NCBI GenBank assembly: GCA_045645065.1 | Contig: JAZRIB010000012.1 | Span: 5,282-69,281, forward strand | Direction of reading: 5' to 3' | Source: Candidatus Enterousia sp. | Lineage (GTDB): Bacteria > Pseudomonadota > Alphaproteobacteria > Rs-D84 | DNA length: 64,000 nucleotides | In this document: one piece after another, positions 18,527-28,222 of the stretch | How the letters are laid out: each line of letters begins with the position of its first letter | Numbering within the stretch: the stretch's first letter is position 1 | Position numbers and translations under genes: made by a program | The notes under the pieces: generated by a model | The model's database searches: none | The model's input: the letters and a program-made list of their open reading frames with translations, nothing else | What the model was told of the DNA's origin: nothing

Positions 18527-19498
18527 ATGAAAAAAAATATTATTGCGCCCCCTGCAATTTCTATTATTGTTGCAAATTATAATAATGATATTTATTTGGA
18601 TGATTGTCTGCGCAGTGTTGTGACACAATCAATGCCTGATTTTGAATGTATTGTAATTGATGATGGTTCAACGGATAATTCACGTGAAATTATTGAACGT
18701 TGGGCAAAACAAGACAAACGAATTATCCCTGTTTTCCAAGAAAACCGTGGCGCGTCCGCCGCACGTAATGTCGGGTTGAATATGGCGCGTGGACGTTGGA
18801 TTGGTTTCTTGGATGCGGACGATTGTTTTTGCCCCGATGGATTGCGAATCTTGTTTGAAACAGGTGAACAAACACATGCCGATATTGTTGGCGGTGGTGG
18901 CGTGATGGTTCCCGATACATTCAAATTAGGAAACACCAATACCCAAAATTTTACCAATCCACCGTTTATTATGCTGAACTTTAATGTCCAAGATGTTATG
19001 AAAATGGAAATGTTGGGTGAAACGCACCGTTTGGTGTGGGTGTGGCGTCGATTGTTCCGTCGACATGTTCTGGAAAACGTACGTTTTGATGAAAAATTAT
19101 ACCCCGGCGAAGATACTTGTTTTATATATGAGGCATTACCCCACGCGCAACTTATTGTCGAAAGCCAAGGTATGGTTGTATACCATCGTTATGCAAATCG
19201 TTCTGTATCAAATGCGCCATTTAACCAGAAAACAACATCGTGGTTGCCACCAACATTAAAACGCCTGCGGTGGATTATGGACAAGTACTATCACAAAGTT
19301 TATCACAAGCATTTTTATAAATCATATTGTGATATGGTCGTATATGAAACGGTTGTTAAAACATTATACAATGGCCGCATGATGCACCAGGTTGCCGCGC
19401 AACTGGACGAAGTATATGGAACCCCAGCGTTACCAACAAAATATATGTCCATACGTCGTCGTTTCATTTTATGGTTGTTTATGAAAATTTTTAGGTAA
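18527..19498 (+). CDS. Glycosyltransferase family 2
   Basis: ISIIVANYNN..VIDDGSTDNS..FLDADD. Confidence 0.85.
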   Translation: MKKNIIAPPAISIIVANYNNDIYLDDCLRSVVTQSMPDFECIVIDDGSTDNSREIIERWAKQDKRIIPVFQENRGASAARNVGLNMARGRWIGFLDADDCFCPDGLRILFETGEQTHADIVGGGGVMVPDTFKLGNTNTQNFTNPPFIMLNFNVQDVMKMEMLGETHRLVWVWRRLFRRHVLENVRFDEKLYPGEDTCFIYEALPHAQLIVESQGMVVYHRYANRSVSNAPFNQKTTSWLPPTLKRLRWIMDKYYHKVYHKHFYKSYCDMVVYETVVKTLYNGRMMHQVAAQLDEVYGTPALPTKYMSIRRRFILWLFMKIFR

Positions 19499-19503
19499 TT
19501 GTG

Positions 19504-20565
19504 ATGAAAGTATCTGTTGTCGTGCCTTGTTATAACGTTGCTGCTTATGTTGGGCGTGCGTTATTAAGTTTGGCAAACCAAAGTTTACATGATATCGAAA
19601 TTATTTGTGTTGATGATGCATCAACTGATAATACGGTGGCTGTATTAAAAGAATGTGCCAGACTGGATTTGCGTATTCGTATCATTGAAAATGACAAGAA
19701 TATGGGGGTCGGTCCAACGCGTAATCGCGGTATTGATGCCGCACGTGGCGAATATGTCGCGTTTCTGGATGCGGATGATTGGATGGAAAGTACATTCTTG
19801 GAAAAATTGGTGCATGCCGCAGAAAAATATAAATTACCCGTGGTTTGCAGTGAAGTTGTTATTCATTCACCAGATGGTACAATATTAAAAAAAGACAGAA
19901 ATGATATCACAAAGAATTTCCATTATTTTGCGTATGCATGGTCAGGGTTATACCATCGTGGTTTTTTGAACAGATATAATATACATTTCCCGGATTTATG
20001 CCTGGGCGAAGACAGCGTGTTCGAAAGTATTGTTAAATGTTATGTCGATAAACCTATTCGATTGGTTCGTGGTGCTGTTTATCACTATTGCAAGCGTCTT
20101 GGGTCACTTGAAACCCAGGTTTTTAATACCAAACAAATAAACGATTTTTGTTCTGCGTTTATACAAATAATGGATATTTATAATTCCGCACAAAATATCA
20201 GCATTAATGATTACAGGGCTGGACTTAACAGACATTGGTTTTATCTTTTCAAAAAGATTTATTTTTGTGACGCAGCCTGTCAAGAAAAGCTTGCGGAAAC
20301 AGCTTGTAATGCCTTTGCGCGATTGGCGTATATGCCCGACGCTGTATATAAATCATATGCATTACAGGTGGCGTTAAGTTCTAAATCTGTATCTGGGGTC
20401 ATTGACGTGTTGTTTTCAACACGTTGGTTTGAAAATGAATATAAACTATTTGGCGTGATTCCGTTTGCACGTGTTCGATACAATAAATTGAATAAACGTG
20501 TGTTCATTTTTGGAATTAAAGTGCTGGATCGTGTGATTAGCGCGCACGCGCATACAGACCAATAA
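19504..20565 (+). CDS. Glycosyltransferase family 2
   Basis: VSVVVPCYNV..CVDDASTDNT..FLDADD. Confidence 0.85.
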   Translation: MKVSVVVPCYNVAAYVGRALLSLANQSLHDIEIICVDDASTDNTVAVLKECARLDLRIRIIENDKNMGVGPTRNRGIDAARGEYVAFLDADDWMESTFLEKLVHAAEKYKLPVVCSEVVIHSPDGTILKKDRNDITKNFHYFAYAWSGLYHRGFLNRYNIHFPDLCLGEDSVFESIVKCYVDKPIRLVRGAVYHYCKRLGSLETQVFNTKQINDFCSAFIQIMDIYNSAQNISINDYRAGLNRHWFYLFKKIYFCDAACQEKLAETACNAFARLAYMPDAVYKSYALQVALSSKSVSGVIDVLFSTRWFENEYKLFGVIPFARVRYNKLNKRVFIFGIKVLDRVISAHAHTDQ

Positions 20566-20572
20566 AAAAATC

Positions 20573-20596
20573 CGCCCCACATCGGGGCGTTTTTTA
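20573..20596. terminator. Bidirectional intrinsic terminator
   Basis: CGCCCC-acatc-GGGGCG flanked by an A-run and a T-run, between convergent genes. Confidence 0.7.
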
Positions 20597-21832
20597 ATTG
20601 CACACAACAACAAATGGCGGATTGGATAATTCTGTGTTAATACCGGTTTCACCGCAATCGCGACAATTAAAACGCCGATTTTGTGAATATTCTGAACCCA
20701 ATGGAACATCGGCACCATTATATCCAGATTGTTTTATATAATCTTGGTTTGGAAAACCGAAAAATAATCCACGTGTCGGACCGCTGCATTCAGCAATGCT
20801 GCCGTTATAGCATCGTGCATCATTAATCTTGGATTCGTCTGGCACACATTTTGCGATACATGTTTCATTGTCAACGACCATTTTTTCACAGTCTGTACAT
20901 GACATGTGTGGTGCGCGCAACGTAGCACCCGCCGCCCCATATACAGTATTGTATCGAATATGTTCGCATTTTTTGATTGTCTGAATATTCGTTGGGTCGC
21001 CAACGCATTCCCATTCCAGTGTATTATAATTCAATTGCAACACCATATTTTTCGGACAACTTTTTTCTGGGAACGGGCTGACACATTCCCAAACATCGTC
21101 TACGATAACAGCGGTTTGGTTGTTTGCGCATAATGGTTTTCTGGATTCGTCTGCGACACATTCCATCAAATCAGAATCCCACATCATATCCCCGCCACAA
21201 TTTGTTTTTGTATTATGTGTTACACATTGCCAACGTCCGAAACGATATATTTTTACCGTACCGGTTGGGCATCGTATGTCTTGGGCGATATTGATTTTGT
21301 ATTCTGTCTGGGTTCCAGGTATTTCGTATTGTGTCATATAAACCAACTGACCCGGTGTTAATCCCATTTCCGTGATAATAGCCTGGGGGACGATGCGTTT
21401 AGTACTGGTGCCACCAGACATAATTACATTGTCGTAAAAAATGCCAAACGTCCCAGCATCGCTAAATTCAGATTCCAGAATTTCCATCATCTCGTTATAT
21501 TCATCTGGGTCAACAGAATCAGACGCGGTTACAATATAACTGAACGCGGGTTTTTTGTTGCGAACAATTTCGCACTTAGTTACCGCCAATCGATTGTCCA
21601 GACATATATATTGGCTTTTTATATTATTCTGTTGAACACAAATATCATCAAATTCAGTGCCTTTTATTTGGGCGTTGTGAACCGCTGTGGCGCACTGAGC
21701 AATCATGCGCAGATCAGATTTTTCAATTGCGTATTCTGTTTCCTGTTCAGGGATTTTTTGATTAGGGCTGTCAATTATATAGTATCCCGCCATAAACACA
21801 GCCACTAAAATCATTATAAAAATATTCATCAT
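20594..21832 (-). CDS. Membrane-anchored Cys-rich protein, function unknown
   Basis: Start moved to MMNIFIMILVAVFMAGYY (ATG 21832, GGGAGA RBS) because the longer ORF overlaps lptE. Repeated W-x-C-V and C-x-x-C spacing. Confidence 0.55.
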   Translation of the reverse strand: MMNIFIMILVAVFMAGYYIIDSPNQKIPEQETEYAIEKSDLRMIAQCATAVHNAQIKGTEFDDICVQQNNIKSQYICLDNRLAVTKCEIVRNKKPAFSYIVTASDSVDPDEYNEMMEILESEFSDAGTFGIFYDNVIMSGGTSTKRIVPQAIITEMGLTPGQLVYMTQYEIPGTQTEYKINIAQDIRCPTGTVKIYRFGRWQCVTHNTKTNCGGDMMWDSDLMECVADESRKPLCANNQTAVIVDDVWECVSPFPEKSCPKNMVLQLNYNTLEWECVGDPTNIQTIKKCEHIRYNTVYGAAGATLRAPHMSCTDCEKMVVDNETCIAKCVPDESKINDARCYNGSIAECSGPTRGLFFGFPNQDYIKQSGYNGADVPLGSEYSQNRRFNCRDCGETGINTELSNPPFVVVCN

Positions 21833-21896
21833 TCTCCCTTGCGATTTATTAAAAGTGTAGCTAATATAAGTATAAACTGCAACAGGAAGTTTTCTT

Positions 21897-22379
21897 ATGA
21901 AAAAAATTATTTTATTATCATTAATATTGTCGGGCTGTGGTTTTACACCAATGTACGTTGGGCGCGATTCAGATATATACGTTGCGCCAATTCGTGGCAT
22001 TAACGGCATAGAATTACGTAATGCGTTAAATACTAAATTTGGTGGTGCACATGACGCCAATGCGAAATATACATTGTTCGTTGATTTAAGTGAACCTAAG
22101 ACACAATACAAGGCGTTGGAACGAACCGGTGACGCCACATGGCAAGAAATATCAATGTCTGCGTCATATAAATTGACCGATACTGCGACTGGGGCTGTTC
22201 TTTCCACTGGTACAGAACGTGCTGCGGAATCATCAACATTTGTTCGATATTTGGTTGCGTCAAATGCGTCGTATAATAATGCTGTAAAAAATTCACTGAC
22301 AGTATTGGCGGAAAAAATTGGTACACGTGCTATTACTGAAACACATACATTAAACACAAACACATCTGATAATAAATAA
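21897..22379 (+). CDS. lptE: LPS-assembly lipoprotein LptE
   Basis: Lipobox LILSGCGFTPMY, size, and the conserved position immediately upstream of holA. Confidence 0.7.
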   Translation: MKKIILLSLILSGCGFTPMYVGRDSDIYVAPIRGINGIELRNALNTKFGGAHDANAKYTLFVDLSEPKTQYKALERTGDATWQEISMSASYKLTDTATGAVLSTGTERAAESSTFVRYLVASNASYNNAVKNSLTVLAEKIGTRAITETHTLNTNTSDNK

Positions 22380-23365
22380 TGAAATGGAAAGACGCTGATT
22401 TTAACACTGGTATAGAAAGCGTTCGCGCTGTGTTAATCTATGGTCCTGACGCAGGCCAGGTTGATGAATATTGTGATCGTGCGATTGCTAAATTGGGAAT
22501 TGAAAAAGATAATCTGTTTGCATTGGATTCTGATGAACTGCGTGATAAACAAGACGCATTATTCGCAGAAAGTTGTACACCGTCTATGTTTGGCGGGCGT
22601 AAAATGGTTATAATTTCTAATGCTGGCGATGCATCTGCTAAACAGATTATGGAATTGATTGAACATCCAGGGCTTTGCGCAACAGTTATTGTGACTGGTA
22701 GCGATTTGCGCAGTGGTGGCGGTCTGCGTTCTTTGTTCGAAGGGGATGAAAAACTGGGGGCATTGGCATGCTATACCGATGATGCGCGCACCCTGGAACC
22801 GTTGATTCGTAATGAATTGGCGGCGGCTGGGATTGGTCGAATCCATCCAGACGCGATGGCGTATATGACCGCACATCTGGGGGGGGATCGCGGAATTACG
22901 CGTGGATTTTTGACCAAGATTGCATTATATGTAAATGATAAAAAGACTGTTGATTTGGACGACGTTGAAAAGTGTTTGCCTGATTCAGCCGCAGCAGATA
23001 TGGATGATTTTCTGTATTCATTGACGGCGGGACATATTGCCCAGACAATGACTGCGCTGGATAGATTGCTGTATGATAATGCTGAGCCAAATATGTTAAT
23101 TCGTATGCTGGATGGGCATTTCAAGAAATTACTGACAGCGGTTGTTGATGGCCAGTTACCACGTCTGTTTTGGAAGGTTGCAGAAAAATTTAATAATGCG
23201 GTAAAGATTTGGCCTGTATCTGAAATTACACTTGTGCTGGTTCGTTTGAACGAACTGGAAAAGCAGTTGCGTACCACAGGTATGCCCGGCGAAGTGTTAT
23301 TACGTGACTTTGCGCTGAAACTGTCTGTGCGTGCGGCACGTCTTGCAATAAAAAGAAGGAATTAA
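22379..23365 (+). CDS. holA: DNA polymerase III delta subunit
   Basis: VLIYGPD..FGGRKMVII pattern, 328 aa, lptE-holA synteny. Confidence 0.75.
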   Translation: MKWKDADFNTGIESVRAVLIYGPDAGQVDEYCDRAIAKLGIEKDNLFALDSDELRDKQDALFAESCTPSMFGGRKMVIISNAGDASAKQIMELIEHPGLCATVIVTGSDLRSGGGLRSLFEGDEKLGALACYTDDARTLEPLIRNELAAAGIGRIHPDAMAYMTAHLGGDRGITRGFLTKIALYVNDKKTVDLDDVEKCLPDSAAADMDDFLYSLTAGHIAQTMTALDRLLYDNAEPNMLIRMLDGHFKKLLTAVVDGQLPRLFWKVAEKFNNAVKIWPVSEITLVLVRLNELEKQLRTTGMPGEVLLRDFALKLSVRAARLAIKRRN

Positions 23366-23367
23366 AA

Positions 23368-24129
23368 ATGTTGGCATCTGTTTATGCACCAAAAGATTTC
23401 AAACGTTTACGTGTGGTAGGCGATTTGGTTGCGCGTTGTTTTGATTTTATTTCACCGTATATCAAGGCTGGAATTTCCACTGGTGAAATAGACCGTATGG
23501 TTGCACAGTTTTTAAAGGAAAATGGTGCGCGTTCATCAGATTTAGGATACCAGGGATATCCAAAGCATATTTGTACATCGGTTAATGACGTTATTGTCCA
23601 TGGTATCCCCAGTGATGACGTTATATTAAAAGATGGCGATATTGTAAATGTTGATTTGACCGCGGAATTCAAAGGGTTTCATGGCGACGCGTCACGTATG
23701 TATATGATTGGCAATGTCACCCCCCAAGCGCGTAAATTGGTTAACGTTTGCCAAGATGCATTAAATGCTGCGATTTCAATTTGCGCCCCTGGTGTACCAT
23801 TATCTGAAATAGGCAAGGTTATCGAAGAAGTTGTAACACCACACGGTTTTTCTATATCGCGTGACTTTGTTGGTCATGGTATTGGCAAAGTTATGCATGA
23901 TGAACCACAAATATATCATTTTTACGATAAACGTATGGACAAAATAAAAATGGTTCCTGGATTGGTATTTACCATTGAACCGATGATAAACACAGGTTCC
24001 CCTGAATGCAAAATAGATGATGATGGTTGGACGGCGCGTACGATTGATGGTGGTCTGTCGGCTCAATGGGAACACACAATCGGCATCACCGAAGATGGTG
24101 CGATAATATTTACTGAAAAATTAGCTTAG
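23368..24129 (+). CDS. map: Methionine aminopeptidase type I
   Basis: HGIPS..DIVNVD..GFHGD..GHGIG..FTIEPM..EHT metal-ligand blocks. Confidence 0.92.
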   Translation: MLASVYAPKDFKRLRVVGDLVARCFDFISPYIKAGISTGEIDRMVAQFLKENGARSSDLGYQGYPKHICTSVNDVIVHGIPSDDVILKDGDIVNVDLTAEFKGFHGDASRMYMIGNVTPQARKLVNVCQDALNAAISICAPGVPLSEIGKVIEEVVTPHGFSISRDFVGHGIGKVMHDEPQIYHFYDKRMDKIKMVPGLVFTIEPMINTGSPECKIDDDGWTARTIDGGLSAQWEHTIGITEDGAIIFTEKLA

Positions 24130-24138
24130 GTGATATAT

Positions 24139-24885
24139 ATGGCAAAATATGATCCATTGATGCGTGCGGGTCATCGGGAACGTCTGCGTAAGAAATTTGA
24201 CGCAGGTAACGCCAGTGACAACGACGAAATGGAATTATTATTGACATATATTGTTGCGCGACGCGATGTTCGTATTCCTGCGCGGTTATTGATGGAAAAA
24301 TTTGGTTCTGCATATAATGCGATGGTTGCCACCCCAGAAGATATTAAATCTGTGCCTGGGGTTGGTGATGGCGTTGCGACTTTTTTCAAATTATTACACA
24401 GTATTGTATCAAAAGGTTATCGCCAGCGTGACAGGCTAGAATCTGTTATAATAAATTCTGCCCGCTTACAAGAATATTGTCGTATGCACTTGGCAAACAA
24501 ACCGACCGAAGAAATGCATGTTATGTATCTGGATAATATGGGCCGTTTGTTATGCACAGAATTAAATGATATTGGAACTGTAAATCGATCAAACGTATAT
24601 CCAGACAAAATTTTAGCACGTGCGTTGATGTCTGGTGCGTCACGTGTTGTGTTATTTCATAATCATCCTGTGGGCGATTGTTCTGCATCCAATGCTGACG
24701 TTGATATGACGTTGGCACTGGGCAGGATATTATTGCAACACAACATTACAATCTATGATCATTTGATAATTGATTCATATGGTTTGATATACAGTATGCG
24801 CACCACAAACGTTCTTGATGAACTGGACAGGCTTGCGGCTGAATTACGCCTAGAACAAATCAGAAACATCACAAACGCTTTCTAA
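24139..24885 (+). CDS. radC: RadC-like JAB domain protein
   Basis: HhH region (VPGVGDGVATF) and the JAMM motif LFHNHPVGDCSASNADV. Confidence 0.85.
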   Translation: MAKYDPLMRAGHRERLRKKFDAGNASDNDEMELLLTYIVARRDVRIPARLLMEKFGSAYNAMVATPEDIKSVPGVGDGVATFFKLLHSIVSKGYRQRDRLESVIINSARLQEYCRMHLANKPTEEMHVMYLDNMGRLLCTELNDIGTVNRSNVYPDKILARALMSGASRVVLFHNHPVGDCSASNADVDMTLALGRILLQHNITIYDHLIIDSYGLIYSMRTTNVLDELDRLAAELRLEQIRNITNAF

Positions 24886-25479
24886 TTGTGTTGTTTGGTG
24901 TTGTGATAATTTGTTGTTTTCCATTACGTATTCTGTTTTATTGGCCATCGATGGTGTATCCCATGTATCTGCAAAAGGTCGCGAAATAATCGTTGCACCA
25001 AACGTTGGTGCAAAGTGGAATTGTATTAATCGTAATGCACAATCTGCACCGTGGGTGGTACGAAATCCTTTTGGGGTAATGTTCTGCATTTTTCCATTGT
25101 TATTAATTTCAATTTTGTATTCATCATAATCGTGTGCATTACCTGTTGCAATATGCGTGCGTGTAATAAGATCAGGCGTACCGTCATTGTTAATATCGCG
25201 TGCAAATTCAGATATACTTTCGATACCTGCGCCAAATTCGTCCAGTAATCCGCGTGTTATTGTGTCTGGGGTCCCCAGTCCATCTGAAAAAGCCCCAGAA
25301 TGTTTTTTTGATTTTGTTATATGGTTATTAATAGTTGGACTTTCGATTGCGGTATTTGTGCCACTTTTTTGGAAATCGCCATTTATCAGCATAAATAACA
25401 ATGCGCAAACAGATGCTAACAAAATCATTAATAACACATTGACCGCGATTCCGCCTTGTTGAGATTTCATTTCATACAC
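24850..25479 (-). CDS. Membrane-anchored hypothetical protein with one FG-GAP/VCBS-like DINNDGTPDLI motif
   Basis: N-terminal TM segment. Single calcium-binding-like motif. Confidence 0.4.
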   Translation of the reverse strand: MYEMKSQQGGIAVNVLLMILLASVCALLFMLINGDFQKSGTNTAIESPTINNHITKSKKHSGAFSDGLGTPDTITRGLLDEFGAGIESISEFARDINNDGTPDLITRTHIATGNAHDYDEYKIEINNNGKMQNITPKGFRTTHGADCALRLIQFHFAPTFGATIISRPFADTWDTPSMANKTEYVMENNKLSQHQTTQLESVCDVSDLF

Positions 25480-25485
25480 CTTTTG

Positions 25486-26541
25486 TTAAATTTTTTCAAT
25501 TTGTCCTGGTTCCCAGCCTTCGATTTGTCGAATTGCATTTACGACCTTGTCTAATTCAGCATCGTTTAATTCAGATATTCTGCGATTAACAGACAGTCCT
25601 GTTAATCGTTCGATACTGCGTTGATATGCCACAGTATTGTTTTCTGATGGTGGTGCATATCGACTGACTGCGTTCGCAATAGTCAGGTTTTTATAACTGT
25701 TTCCTGTTAATAATTGTTTTACTGCGCGCGCACCGGTTTGTTCATCTGGAAATACAGCAAACCCGCCGGCTTCACCAATTGCGCCTGCGCGTCGTGAAAA
25801 TTCAGACATTCTGATATTACCTGGGTTATTATTGCGCCATGCACGTGTTCCGCCGACATGTTTGTATTGTGTATTGTCTGTGGCAACATAAATAACATCT
25901 TTGCCAGACGCAATTGCACGCACCGGCGTCATATTCTGTGTGCTTTCTGTGCGCAGCACAGGCGTTGTGTTTATTGTGGTGTTCGTGCTGGGTTGTAATT
26001 GCCCAGATGTGTTGTTGTCTGTGTTTGGATTTATAACACCTGGGGTGCCGCTGGCACTTAATGACGCCACAGAATAGGGCATTTGTGCCATATTGACCCC
26101 AGAATCATAAATGTTTAATTCTTCGTACAGTTGAAATTCATCATATTTTTTCATTTTGTCATTACGCATATCTAACAGCGCATTAACTTTTTCCAGTGGT
26201 ATTGCCACAGTTTTGCAACCTTGACCGATTAAATCGCCACCATATATTGTGTTCACAAATACAGGCACCGCACATATCGTCCCCAGTATCAGTATTAAAT
26301 TTTTTACATTGTTCATAACAGACGCGGATTCGGCATTTTTTGAACCGCGTATCATTGCCCATGCCCATCCTGCTAACAAGATACCTGTTATAAATAACAG
26401 AACAGACCATGCGTATTCTAAAAATATTTGAAAACTGCGAACGACACAGCCCGGGTCTTCCATGTAAATATTTGCACTGTCCGCCCCCAGGTTATGAAAA
26501 CCTGAATTATTAAGCAGTGCAAGTATCGTTTCAATTTCCAT
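25486..26541 (-). CDS. Membrane protein with C-terminal conserved domain (WRNNNPGNIR motif), function unknown
   Basis: Two N-terminal TM helices, a Thr/Asn-rich linker, and a C-terminal GGTRAWRNNNPGNIR..GFAVFPDEQTG block that I recall from phage- or secretion-associated proteins but cannot name. Confidence 0.45.
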   Translation of the reverse strand: MEIETILALLNNSGFHNLGADSANIYMEDPGCVVRSFQIFLEYAWSVLLFITGILLAGWAWAMIRGSKNAESASVMNNVKNLILILGTICAVPVFVNTIYGGDLIGQGCKTVAIPLEKVNALLDMRNDKMKKYDEFQLYEELNIYDSGVNMAQMPYSVASLSASGTPGVINPNTDNNTSGQLQPSTNTTINTTPVLRTESTQNMTPVRAIASGKDVIYVATDNTQYKHVGGTRAWRNNNPGNIRMSEFSRRAGAIGEAGGFAVFPDEQTGARAVKQLLTGNSYKNLTIANAVSRYAPPSENNTVAYQRSIERLTGLSVNRRISELNDAELDKVVNAIRQIEGWEPGQIEKI

Positions 26542-26555
26542 TCACGTGTGTTCTT

Positions 26556-27581
26556 TTATTTGTCTGTAAAGAATCCTGGAATTGAAAAATCATCGTCATT
26601 TGCAGCAATTCCAGCCCATCCGAACAAATCGCCCATCAACCCAGAATCATCACGTTTTGCCTTTTTGAATGGCAAAATATTTTTTAATTTACCGATTTTA
26701 CCATTGCCTGCAGGCTTTACAGGTTCTGGGATTTTATCTTGTGCTTGTGCAAATTCACTGGCCAATTGTGCTAATGTTGCGTCCGTATCAGAAGTGTCGT
26801 CGGTCATAGAAATTGAAAAATCGGTATCTTCTTCTATATCTTCATTTGATTCGACATTTGATTCTGTTTCTGTGTCTGGGATAATATCTTCCCCCAGTGG
26901 CGTCATCGATTCCAGTAATTCTTCCAGTGTTTTCTTATGTTCTGGTGCTGGTGCTTCGTCTGCAATAATATCGTGAATAGACACAGCCATTGTATCTGTT
27001 GTGTTTTGTTGTGCGTCTGCCTCTGGAACAGGTTCTGCAACAATTGCGATATTTTCTTCGTGTTCTTCGTTTGTTACATCCTGTGTGTTTTCTGGTTCTG
27101 TAACAACAACATCGTCTTTTGTATACAGCACAGACAATATTGGAATAATCGTGTCTTGTTCTGGTTCTTGCTCTTGGTCGTTTTCAGATATTTCTTCTAT
27201 GGGTGTGTCTGGGATTATTTCTGGTGTATATTGTTCTGTCTGTGGTGTTTCATCTATACTGTCTTCGCTGTATTCTATTTCGGTTGTAATATCTGACTCA
27301 ATTTCTGGTATTTCTTCTGATACGCAAATTTCGGTTTCATTTTCAGTGGATTCATCATTGTTATTTTCTAGTGTTTCTTGGATAACATCTGGTGTATCTG
27401 GGACGCATACGTCTGAATCAATTGCCACATCTGCCAACGCGTTATCTTGGTCAACTGGCACACCAAACAACACAGTGTCGTTCCCCAGTCCTAATGCATT
27501 ACGTACTTCTTCAAAAGCGGCACGAATTTGTGCCATTTCAAAAACTTCATTCCCCGAAATATAGATTATTTTTGTTTTCAT
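26556..27581 (-). CDS. Highly acidic (D/E/T-rich) low-complexity protein
   Basis: Start moved to MKTKIIYISG (ATG 27581). Long acidic disordered centre with short conserved-looking termini. Confidence 0.5.
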   Translation of the reverse strand: MKTKIIYISGNEVFEMAQIRAAFEEVRNALGLGNDTVLFGVPVDQDNALADVAIDSDVCVPDTPDVIQETLENNNDESTENETEICVSEEIPEIESDITTEIEYSEDSIDETPQTEQYTPEIIPDTPIEEISENDQEQEPEQDTIIPILSVLYTKDDVVVTEPENTQDVTNEEHEENIAIVAEPVPEADAQQNTTDTMAVSIHDIIADEAPAPEHKKTLEELLESMTPLGEDIIPDTETESNVESNEDIEEDTDFSISMTDDTSDTDATLAQLASEFAQAQDKIPEPVKPAGNGKIGKLKNILPFKKAKRDDSGLMGDLFGWAGIAANDDDFSIPGFFTDK

Positions 27582-27665
27582 CAGATACCATCCCCTACAA
27601 TTTACCGACACATTATATCATATTTTAGTGTTGAACGCATATAAAAAATATCTTAAACTAGTAAT

Positions 27666-27875
27666 ATGGCTGATATAAAACAACAAATTTTTCAAGAACT
27701 GTCATCACTAGAAGAAGCGGCTGCGCGTCTGCGTGGCACGGCGGTTGCTGCTGGCAAGCAAACAGATTTAGAAGTTGCGATTTTAACCGAACAGGTTAAA
27801 AATCTGCGTGATAAAAACGCCCGTGCAACAGATATGATTGATAAATCCCTAGAAATATTAAAGAAGTTAGTATGA
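27666..27875 (+). CDS. Small coiled-coil protein, ZauP/DUF4164-like partner of ZapA
   Basis: 69-aa heptad-rich ORF whose stop overlaps the zapA start (ATGA). This position matches the alphaproteobacterial zauP-zapA pair. Confidence 0.5.
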   Translation: MADIKQQIFQELSSLEEAAARLRGTAVAAGKQTDLEVAILTEQVKNLRDKNARATDMIDKSLEILKKLV

Positions 27876-28156
27876 GTGTAGTTTCAATACCAATTGTTAA
27901 TAAAAATTATCCGATGGGCTGCGAAGATGGCCAGGAAGCACGCCTGATTGAATTGGGGAAAATGGTTGACGCTCGTGCGCGCCAGATTCTGGAAAAAATT
28001 GGGCCGTTGCCAGAAAGTGCGCTTCTTGCGACACTGTGTATTGTTATGGCGGACGAATTGCGCACAAAAACATCGGCTGTCCCCAGTGTAACGGACGCAG
28101 ACCTAAAAGAAATATTGGCGCGTATTCGTGAAATCAAACACAAAATTGCACAATAA
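27872..28156 (+). CDS. zapA: Cell division protein ZapA
   Basis: VSIPIVNKNYPMGCEDGQEARLIELGKMVD..ATLCIVMADEL matches the ZapA pattern. Confidence 0.75.
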   Translation: MSVVSIPIVNKNYPMGCEDGQEARLIELGKMVDARARQILEKIGPLPESALLATLCIVMADELRTKTSAVPSVTDADLKEILARIREIKHKIAQ

Positions 28157-28164
28157 AAATAATC

Positions 28165-28190
28165 ACCCGCATGCAAATGTGGGTATTTTT
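28165..28190 (+). terminator. Intrinsic terminator after zapA
   Basis: ACCCGCAT-gcaa-ATGTGGGT followed by a T-run. Confidence 0.65.
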
Positions 28191-28222
28191 ATGTTGTTAT
28201 TTTTTTTCAAATGTTCTAAATT

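Noticed and set aside
21833-22363. N-terminal 177 aa of ORF 20594..22363
   Set aside because: It overlaps lptE on the opposite strand. An internal ATGATG with a GGGAGA RBS at 21832 precedes a clean TM anchor, so the shorter gene is preferred.
26548-27564. Plus-strand ORFs 26548..26976, 26937..27296 and 27001..27564 (Ser/Cys/Phe-rich)
   Set aside because: These are complements of the acidic low-complexity gene. GAx/ACx codons read as xTC/xGT on the other strand, giving stop-free Ser/Val/Cys frames.
28157-28222. 6S RNA (ssrS), which often follows zapA
   Set aside because: Only 66 nt separate zapA from parC, and they are taken up by a terminator hairpin and the parC RBS region.
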